Shown piece after piece: positions 57,621 through 64,000 of a stretch of DNA of 64,000 nt. The position numbers and the translations under genes are program-made. Positions within the stretch are counted from its first letter, which is position 1. Each line of letters starts with the position of its first letter. Below the pieces are notes generated by a model. That model was given only the letters and a program-made list of their open reading frames with translations. It was not told the origin of the DNA and ran no database searches. The stretch covers positions 9,638 to 73,637 of the forward strand of contig JAFWJE010000008.1 of NCBI GenBank assembly GCA_017511685.1. Reading direction: 5' to 3'. Source of the stretch: Candidatus Saccharimonadota bacterium (GTDB lineage: Bacteria > Patescibacteriota > Saccharimonadia > Saccharimonadales > Saccharimonadaceae).

Positions 57621-57697
57621 GGCAACGTAGCTCAGTTGGTTAGAGCGTGGGACTCATAAGCCCAAGGTCACTGGTTCGATCCCAGTCGTTGCTACCA
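57621..57697 (+). tRNA. tRNA-Met(CAT), elongator type
   Basis: GGCAACG/CGTTGCT, loop CT-CAT-AA; sequence resembles elongator Met rather than initiator; Ile2 not fully excluded. Confidence 0.85.
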
Positions 57698-57754
57698 TTT
57701 TTTTAGGCTTGCTTGCGCACGACCGGTGATTTGTGGTATAATAACAGCAGTTTT

Positions 57755-57829
57755 GGAGCCGTCGTTCAACGGATAGGACATATCCCCTCTAAGGATACAA
57801 TGCTGGTTCGATTCCAGCCGGCTCTACCA
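57755..57829 (+). tRNA. tRNA-Arg(TCT) with atypical C33
   Basis: TATCC-CCTCTAA-GGATA; A20 in D loop; TTCGA; CCA. Confidence 0.85.
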
Positions 57830-57869
57830 AATTTGCCCGGCGGGGCATTTTTTGTGCTATAATAACCTT

Positions 57870-58259
57870 ATGAAAAATAAGCACGGCTTTACCATCTTAG
57901 AGCTAGTCATCGTGATTGCGTTTGCTTCGCTGGCGCTGATTTTGTTCTTCTTACAAAAAATTAACATCGACGCGATGGAGCGCGACGACGACCGCAAAAC
58001 CGCTATCAATGCGATGTATTACGCTCTGGAAGAAGGTTTTTATCCAGCTAACGGTTATTACCCAGAGACAATTTCTCCAGAGGTATTGCCAGTGATTGAT
58101 CCGAATTTGTTCACCGATCCATTCGGCAATAATCTCGGTAAGGCCGGCAGCACTTATAACTACGAGGCGGCCAACTGCGAGGACGGCAAGTGCAAAGAAT
58201 ACACTCTCCGCGCAATACTAGAAAAAGAAGAAGATTACATCAAACGGAACCGCAGCTAA
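57870..58259 (+). CDS. Type IV pilin / pseudopilin-like protein
   Basis: G|FTILELVIVIA, NGYYP, DP motif, Cys pair. Confidence 0.88.
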   Translation: MKNKHGFTILELVIVIAFASLALILFFLQKINIDAMERDDDRKTAINAMYYALEEGFYPANGYYPETISPEVLPVIDPNLFTDPFGNNLGKAGSTYNYEAANCEDGKCKEYTLRAILEKEEDYIKRNRS

Positions 58260-58903
58260 ACGGCGGCTGAGACAGTCGCGTCGGGTGTCGTCAAATCTGC
58301 GGCGGCTTCGGTTGGGACAGCTAGGCGGCGCTTGGTCTTTTCTTTCTCGACGTGGACGAGGTGAGTGATCATGTCTAGCTCGTCTTTGGGTGTGTTGACA
58401 TATTTGAAAGTGTAGGTGGTTTCATCGCCGACGGTGGACATCCGGATAGTGCCGAGTTTGAAAATATGGTCACCGATGTTTTCTTGTTTAAACGAGACAT
58501 CTTCGATGGAAAGTAGCTCAATGATGTTGACCGATTTGGAAAAAAGCGAGTTGGCGCGGTGATGGATGAGACGTTTATTAGTAACATAGAGACGGTTGTT
58601 TTTGTACACGCGCGAACCGATGAGGGCGGAAATCGTGATAATGCCAAATAAAATCAAAATAATTAGATAAATATAAGACTGGGCAAATCCAGAAAGACCT
58701 GCGGACTTGACGCCGCCAAAAGCCATAAAGACCAAGGCGACCACTAGGGCTAAATACCCTGCGCCGGCGGCGGCCCAGATAAAAATCAGCCCTAATTTGG
58801 ACCGTTCTATGGCTAGCTCGACGTATTCGTTCTCCTCTAAGCGAAGCTCTGGGAAATCTTTGAGGCTTCTAGCGTGATGGAGTTTGATGAGTTCTTGCTT
58901 CAT
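58256..58903 (-). CDS. Bacterial PH-domain membrane protein
   Basis: Two TM helices, YVTNKRLI, IFKLGTIRMST; start at ATG 58903. Confidence 0.75.
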   Translation of the reverse strand: MKQELIKLHHARSLKDFPELRLEENEYVELAIERSKLGLIFIWAAAGAGYLALVVALVFMAFGGVKSAGLSGFAQSYIYLIILILFGIITISALIGSRVYKNNRLYVTNKRLIHHRANSLFSKSVNIIELLSIEDVSFKQENIGDHIFKLGTIRMSTVGDETTYTFKYVNTPKDELDMITHLVHVEKEKTKRRLAVPTEAAADLTTPDATVSAAV

Positions 58904-58922
58904 AGCTATTCCCTTTTCTTTA

Positions 58923-59978
58923 TTATACCACAGTTTTGTTGTTGTGTAAATGTTGCTTTGCCTTCTCCGTGATGAGCCGTCCGCGCGGCGTACGCTCAAT
59001 AAAACCGATTTGGAGGAGATAAGGCTCATTGTAATCCTCGATAGTGGTAGCCTCGTCGCCAGTGATGGCGGCGAGAGTATTGAGGCCGACAGGGCGGTCG
59101 CCGTAATTTTCTTCCATGAGGCGGAGTAGGTTACGGTCGGCGGGGTCTAGGCCGAGGTCGTCAATTTCCATGAGGTCCAGCGCGCGGGTGGCAATAGGCG
59201 CGTCGATGATGCCGTCGCCGTTGACATCGGCGTAATCACGCACACGGCGAACAAGACGGTTGGCGATGCGCGGCGTGCGGCGCGAGCGCGTAGCTAGCAG
59301 GTGTGTGGCGGCAGGCTCGATTTTAGTGTTTAAAATGTTGGCGGTGCGGGCAATAATCTGCTCAATCTCTGGCTCGGTGTAATATTCTAAGCGGTGGAGC
59401 ATACCAAAACGATCCCTCAGCGGGCCAGCTAGGGAGCCAGTCCGTGTGGTAGCACCAATGACAGTAAAATTAGGTAAGTCTAGGCGAACGCTCCGCGCGG
59501 CCGGGCCTTTGCCAATAGTGATGTCTAGCTTGAAATCCTCCATAGCGGAGTATAATACTTCTTCCACGGCGCGGCGCAAACGATGGATTTCGTCGATAAA
59601 CAGCACATCGCCGTCTTGGAGATTAGTCAAAATGCTAGCCAGATCGCCAGCGCGCTCAATGGCTGGGCCGGAAGTAATCTTGAGATTGGCGCCCAGCTCA
59701 TGCGCGATGACGCCAGCCATAGTGGTCTTACCAAGACCCGGCGGGCCATATAGTAATATATGGTCTAGAGTGGCATTCTTGTCCGCATCGTCGCCATCTG
59801 CCGCCGCCGAGGCGCGGCGCTTTTTGACGGCGTCGATGGCGATTTTCAAGTTATTCTTCATCCGCTCTTGGCCGATGTACTCATCAAAAGAAAGCGGGCG
59901 GAGAGATTTCTCGATAATCTCCTCTTGTTCTTTATTGTCCTCAGGGACGGTAGTACTGACGATGCGTTCGATTCCCAT
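58923..59978 (-). CDS. ruvB: Holliday junction helicase RuvB
   Basis: [24 protein letters not shown]. Confidence 0.97.
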   Translation of the reverse strand: MGIERIVSTTVPEDNKEQEEIIEKSLRPLSFDEYIGQERMKNNLKIAIDAVKKRRASAAADGDDADKNATLDHILLYGPPGLGKTTMAGVIAHELGANLKITSGPAIERAGDLASILTNLQDGDVLFIDEIHRLRRAVEEVLYSAMEDFKLDITIGKGPAARSVRLDLPNFTVIGATTRTGSLAGPLRDRFGMLHRLEYYTEPEIEQIIARTANILNTKIEPAATHLLATRSRRTPRIANRLVRRVRDYADVNGDGIIDAPIATRALDLMEIDDLGLDPADRNLLRLMEENYGDRPVGLNTLAAITGDEATTIEDYNEPYLLQIGFIERTPRGRLITEKAKQHLHNNKTVV

Positions 59979-59987
59979 TCGTAACCT

Positions 59988-60533
59988 TTAATAATTAGTG
60001 GCGCGGATTTCAAAGAAGGCTTGTGGGTGGGAGCAGACCGGGCAGATTTCTGGGGCGGAATTACCGACGTAAATATAGCCGCAGTTACGACACTTCCAGA
60101 CGGTGACTTTGTCGGACTTAAAGACGACGTCGTCCTCTACGTTCTGTAAGAGTTTTTCGTAGCGCTCTTTATGCTCATTTTCAATGGCGCCGACACCCTC
60201 AAACTTCTGGGCGATTTCCTCAAAGCCCTCCTCGCGAGCCTGGGCAGCGAATTTTTTGTACATTTCGTTAGTTTCGTAATCTTCGCCCTTAATGGCATCT
60301 TTTAAGTTGGCTGTGGTGTCTGGGACTTCGCCGTCATGTAGGTACTTGAACCAGATTTTGGCGTGCTCTTTTTCGTTGCTGGCGGTCTCATCAAAGAGCG
60401 CAGCAATCTGCTCAAATCCGTCTTTTTTGGCCTTGCTAGCATAATACTGATACTTGGTATAGGCATCAGTTTCGCCGGAGAAGGCGGTTTGTAGGTTTTT
60501 GTAAGTTTTGCTCGTAATAAAATCTGTTGCCAT
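59988..60533 (-). CDS. rbr: Rubrerythrin
   Basis: NLQTAFSGE, NEKEHA, ENEH, CRNCG...CPVC. Confidence 0.93.
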   Translation of the reverse strand: MATDFITSKTYKNLQTAFSGETDAYTKYQYYASKAKKDGFEQIAALFDETASNEKEHAKIWFKYLHDGEVPDTTANLKDAIKGEDYETNEMYKKFAAQAREEGFEEIAQKFEGVGAIENEHKERYEKLLQNVEDDVVFKSDKVTVWKCRNCGYIYVGNSAPEICPVCSHPQAFFEIRATNY

Positions 60534-60699
60534 AAAACTCCTTTTTATCATTATAGCACGGCCGGACAAAAAAATAGCTGAAAGCGTCCAAGTATATTCA
60601 GCATCAGTCGGCTTTGACAAAGCATAAAAGGTGTGGTATAATGGATAGATAGGCTGTTTTTGCCTTGTATTTTATTTTCATTTCAAAGGAGGGAATGTA

Positions 60700-61371
60700 A
60701 TGAAAAGAATGTTTAACGCAGTAGTAGAGCTCGTTTGTAGTCAGGTGTGGACGGAGGAGGAAATGGATAATGATTGCCAGGATGCGCTGTGCGGGATAGT
60801 AGAGCTGACCGCGACGCTGGGCGACTTGCCGCCTCTGGAAGTCTTGGCCGATTACATCGGCGAGTCGGTGCCAAAAACGCATCTTTTGATTTTGCGGCTG
60901 GAAAAGCGGCTGAAAAATCTGGAGATACAGATGAGTTCAGTTGAAAGCACTAGCCTGAATGAAACGGTTTGCACTCTGGCGATGAGATCAATATTGGCAG
61001 GGTTTTACCCGTATCAGCGTTCAGAAAGTGTCACGGAGATCGACCTCAGAAACTGGGCATACCGAAGCCTTAAAGATTGGTATTGCACCAGCGTAGAGGC
61101 ATATCGAGGATTCTTGATGGCGATGGAGTTTTTAGACCGCCAGTGGTCGATTCCGATAGCAAGATTTATCGACCAGAGATATGGCCGGAGCGCCCGGGCT
61201 GAAAAGATTTCGGAACTGAACGCTTTTATTGCCGACATCTTGGAGCTTGATTCCCCGACCATTGCAAGATGCGCAAAAGGCGCCAAGTTATCGTCGCAGA
61301 TATTGATGAATCTGCGCAAAGAGTTCTACGAAAAGCACAAGATCATAGATATCTATGACTGCACGTGTTAA
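60700..61371 (+). CDS. Hypothetical helical protein
   Basis: 223-aa ORF with GGAGG SD and upstream TTGACA/TATAAT promoter. Confidence 0.7.
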   Translation: MKRMFNAVVELVCSQVWTEEEMDNDCQDALCGIVELTATLGDLPPLEVLADYIGESVPKTHLLILRLEKRLKNLEIQMSSVESTSLNETVCTLAMRSILAGFYPYQRSESVTEIDLRNWAYRSLKDWYCTSVEAYRGFLMAMEFLDRQWSIPIARFIDQRYGRSARAEKISELNAFIADILELDSPTIARCAKGAKLSSQILMNLRKEFYEKHKIIDIYDCTC

Positions 61372-61381
61372 TACACATATC

Positions 61382-61408
61382 AAAAAAGCCCCTTTTCGGG
61401 GGCTTTTT
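61382..61408. terminator. Bidirectional terminator
   Basis: AAAAAAGCCCC-TTTTC-GGGGGCTTTTT between convergent genes. Confidence 0.85.
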
Positions 61409-61423
61409 AATTTTAGCTTTAGC

Positions 61424-61903
61424 TTAGGCGCGGGCAAAGTGCGCAAAGGCGCGGTTGGCCTCGGCCATGCGGTGGCAGTCTTCTTTCTTCTTGAAGGCGG
61501 CACCGGTTTCATTGTAGGCATCGACAATCTCAGCCTCAAGACGCTTAGCATAAGGCATACCGCTGCGAGCGCGGGCAGCCTGGACTAGCCAAGAAAAGGC
61601 AAAATGTTGCTGGCGGTGGCCAGAAATCGGAAATGGAATCTGGTAGTTAGCACCACCGACGCGGCGGGATTTGACCTCAAAATCTGGGCTGACGTTAGCG
61701 AGGGCTTTTTCAAAGACCTCTACTGGATCCTCAGATTTGAGCTTCTTTGCGGCACCTTCTAGGGCAGCGTAAACGGCCTTTTCGGCAGCCTGCTTTTTGC
61801 CGTCTAGCATAGACTTATTGATGAGTCTCTGAACGAGAATCGACTGATATTTGCGATCTGGGGAGACTTTTCTCTGAAGTGAAGTAGTAACTTTACGTGG
61901 CAT
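61424..61903 (-). CDS. rpsG: 30S ribosomal protein S7
   Basis: EVKSRRVGGANYQIP, HRMAEANRAFAH. Confidence 0.98.
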   Translation of the reverse strand: MPRKVTTSLQRKVSPDRKYQSILVQRLINKSMLDGKKQAAEKAVYAALEGAAKKLKSEDPVEVFEKALANVSPDFEVKSRRVGGANYQIPFPISGHRQQHFAFSWLVQAARARSGMPYAKRLEAEIVDAYNETGAAFKKKEDCHRMAEANRAFAHFARA

Positions 61904-62316
61904 TACTTGTCTCCTTTCTTAGCACCGTATTTAGAGCGGCCTTGTTTGCGACCGTCAACACCCTGGAGATCCAAAGTGCCACGGACGATGTGATAACGCA
62001 CACCTGGAAGATCTGGCACACGACCACCGCGGACCAGCACGACGGCGTGCTCCTGGAGGTTGTGACCCTCGCCACCGATGTAGGCCCAAACTTCCTGACC
62101 ATTAGTAAGGCGGACGCGCGCGACTTTGCGGAGCGCGGAGTTAGGCTTTTTAGGAGTCTTGGTGGTGACCTTGATACAGACGCCGCGCTTTAGTGGCGCA
62201 GGCTGATCATAATAGCGGGTCTTCAAGGTATTGACAATAGAGCCAAGGGCTGGAGCCTTGGACTTTTTGGCAGCCTTTTTGCGAGGCTTTCTAATCAACT
62301 GATTAATAGTTGGCAT
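61903..62316 (-). CDS. rpsL: 30S ribosomal protein S12
   Basis: [24 protein letters not shown]. Confidence 0.98.
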   Translation of the reverse strand: MPTINQLIRKPRKKAAKKSKAPALGSIVNTLKTRYYDQPAPLKRGVCIKVTTKTPKKPNSALRKVARVRLTNGQEVWAYIGGEGHNLQEHAVVLVRGGRVPDLPGVRYHIVRGTLDLQGVDGRKQGRSKYGAKKGDK

Positions 62317-62340
62317 TAAAATTATCCCTGTTAGGTTAGT

Positions 62341-62378
62341 ATTGCTGTGCCGCTACGTTTACAGCAATGCGTAGCAGC
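62341..62378 (-). promoter_or_regulatory. Predicted H-type pseudoknot in rpsL 5' UTR
   Basis: Stem GCTGCTACG/CGTAGCGGC; loop ATTGCTGT pairs with downstream ACAGCAAT. Confidence 0.65.
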
Positions 62379-62515
62379 TTGAAACTCTTGATAGTATTAT
62401 AGCGCAAGTTGTTTGATTTGGCAAGAGGATTATGTTGTGATTTTTACAACATGGTGTGGGCTTATGGGATATACAAGGTATTGACAGGAACGTAAGCGGG
62501 ATGTATAATTACTTT

Positions 62516-62585
62516 AGTGAGTAACCACTCTAGTAATGGTTACTCTGTAGGGTTGGATTAACCGCTTTAGCGGTTAATCTTTTTT
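62516..62585 (+). ncRNA. Candidate ~70-nt small RNA
   Basis: TTGACA-17-TATAAT (62481-62509), 9-bp hairpin, then terminator hairpin + T6. Confidence 0.5.
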
Positions 62586-62802
62586 CTCCTGACGATGGCA
62601 GCTATGCCAGATAAGGAGACTTTTTTATTCTACAAATGCCTCGCAGTGTTTAGCTGACAAAGCATGCTCACTTGTAGCATAGTCATAGAATACTCCCAGC
62701 CCTACCCCTATTTTCTCTTGGTTTTTGTCAAGGTGTCAAGCATGAGGGGTAAAGATTGGGTAGGGAGTGAAGCCTGGGGAAACGGGAGCAGGAGTGGGGC
62801 TA

Positions 62803-64000
62803 CTACGACCGAACGCAGACTATACTTTGTGTATTGTAGTAGAAGTCGTAGCTATTATTAATATCAGCCGAAGTAGCGCTATATACATTAAGAACGTAAT
62901 AGAGGTTGTTGACGAGGTATGTAGAGGACCAGAAGGCGCTGACACCCCAATGATCATAAGCTGCAGCCTTGCCAGCGCTAGTGCTAATTAAGCTGTTATA
63001 TTGCGCCTGGGTCGGAACGCTCCAGGTGCCAGGAGATAGACTGTTACACGTTGAGTTTGCCGTACTGAGGCCTCCCCTGCCCTGGACATTAGCAGTCCAG
63101 GTATAACCACCAGCCGTAAATGACGCTGGCCCATTTTGTTCAAAGTTAGCAGTCAAGATCTTGGTGTTGCTTGTGCTGGTGAGCGTTACGGTATCACCTG
63201 GGTTGTAGGTGTTCCCTGCACCAGCACCATTATCGGTGTAGTTAATGAAGTTGTAGCCGTCTAGGCTTGGAGCGGTGGATGGGATAGTGAAGGTGTGGGA
63301 AGTATTAATAGTAGTAGCGGTTTGGGTTGTTGGGCAATTAGTAGCACCAGTGCCGCAAGAGTAGTTCAGGGTATAGATATATTCTAGTGCCCATACGGCA
63401 TATAATGTGGCTGAACCAGTACCATGGGTAGTATAGTCTGGGTTGCCACTATCGTCTGCGATTACGGTGTAAGTATCACCTGCTACATAGAGGCCATCTG
63501 GACCGGAGCCACTGCCTTGTCTGGTGCTTGGATCTGTGCTCCAGCCGGCGAACTGGTAGCCGCTTCTTACCATTTCTGGCAAGGCTCCCTGTCCGCTAAC
63601 GTCTGGGATGGTGAAGGTGTAGGATGTAGCTATAGTGGTAGCAGTGAGTGGGTCTGGGAGGTTTGCTACAGCGTCTGATGTGTTCTTGTCAAAGGTCAAA
63701 GTATAGTCTACTGGGATTGGGTTAGCTATGGCAGTAAAGACTAGCTCGTTCTTGTAGATACCACTAGACTTGTCGGTAGCAGCGTTGACATTGATTGATA
63801 CACTAGTCTGGCTGCTACTGGTTGCTATATCTACATCGTCTCTAACTGTGTCTGGAGTAGCTTTAGCTGGGATGGCGAGATTTTCTAGGATAGTGTTACC
63901 ATAAGGCTGGTTAGTGGATGGGTTGATAGTGTCTGCTAGGGTAGTACTGGAGAAGCTCTTAGTCTGGCCTTCTGGGCCGAGAGACTCATTCCAGGATTTG
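62803..64000 (-). CDS. Surface protein with InlB B-repeat-like domains and C-terminal CLec-type domain (5' end beyond window)
   Basis: Frame open to window end; RSGYQFAGWST and DGYNF repeats; WSVPT, FWSST, SIVCVR. Confidence 0.85.
   Translation of the reverse strand, partial: KSWNESLGPEGQTKSFSSTTLADTINPSTNQPYGNTILENLAIPAKATPDTVRDDVDIATSSSQTSVSINVNAATDKSSGIYKNELVFTAIANPIPVDYTLTFDKNTSDAVANLPDPLTATTIATSYTFTIPDVSGQGALPEMVRSGYQFAGWSTDPSTRQGSGSGPDGLYVAGDTYTVIADDSGNPDYTTHGTGSATLYAVWALEYIYTLNYSCGTGATNCPTTQTATTINTSHTFTIPSTAPSLDGYNFINYTDNGAGAGNTYNPGDTVTLTSTSNTKILTANFEQNGPASFTAGGYTWTANVQGRGGLSTANSTCNSLSPGTWSVPTQAQYNSLISTSAGKAAAYDHWGVSAFWSSTYLVNNLYYVLNVYSATSADINNSYDFYYNTQSIVCVRS

Noticed and set aside
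57755-57829. Amber-suppressor tRNA or alternative genetic code
   Set aside because: Stem geometry gives a TCT anticodon, and TAG and TGA both end conserved genes normally in this window
62803-62960. Direct second VR of the TR at 10314-10528
   Set aside because: Beyond TGGTCCTC and the post-stop motif, non-adenine positions do not match this TR

Overview
This window looks like chromosomal DNA from a Saccharibacteria (TM7/Patescibacteria)-like bacterium, translated with standard code 11. The taxonomy is inferred from the gene set: type IV pilins, an FtsA-like protein, FISUMP surface proteins and widespread leaderless promoters. Most of the window is housekeeping: pheS, metG, rsmA, rsmD, recG, obgE, trmD, ruvABC, radA, clpP/clpC, trxB, ndk, murJ, ftsH, pcrA, rnj, pyk, pgk, rpsL/rpsG and 7 tRNAs. 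The main accessory feature is a complete diversity-generating retroelement (DGR) at about 10.0-14.5 kb. Its 215-bp template repeat (TR, 10314-10528, + strand) differs from the variable repeat (VR, 12636-12850, - strand) at 20 positions by my manual alignment, and all 20 are adenines in the TR. The VR ends a secreted FISUMP/CLec-domain protein. The layout is unusual. The TR lies downstream of, and convergent with, the RT, so TR and VR form inverted repeats around the accessory gene and RT. The TR sits inside a predicted ~535-nt RNA whose 5' leader base-pairs in nested fashion with the TR 3' flank. The accessory protein looks like a fusion of a MutS-I-like domain with Avd. A second CLec-type gene at the window end shares a GTTTnCCCAGG motif after its stop codon and may be a target of another TR. 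Other observations: two copies of a ~220-bp rod-like palindromic element, tandem tRNA-Ser minihelix repeats, 36-bp inverted repeats around obgE-trmD, several promoter-delimited candidate sRNAs, an rpsL leader pseudoknot, a CIRCE box at clpC, a RuvX-MltG fusion and an internally deleted ParE/RelE toxin.
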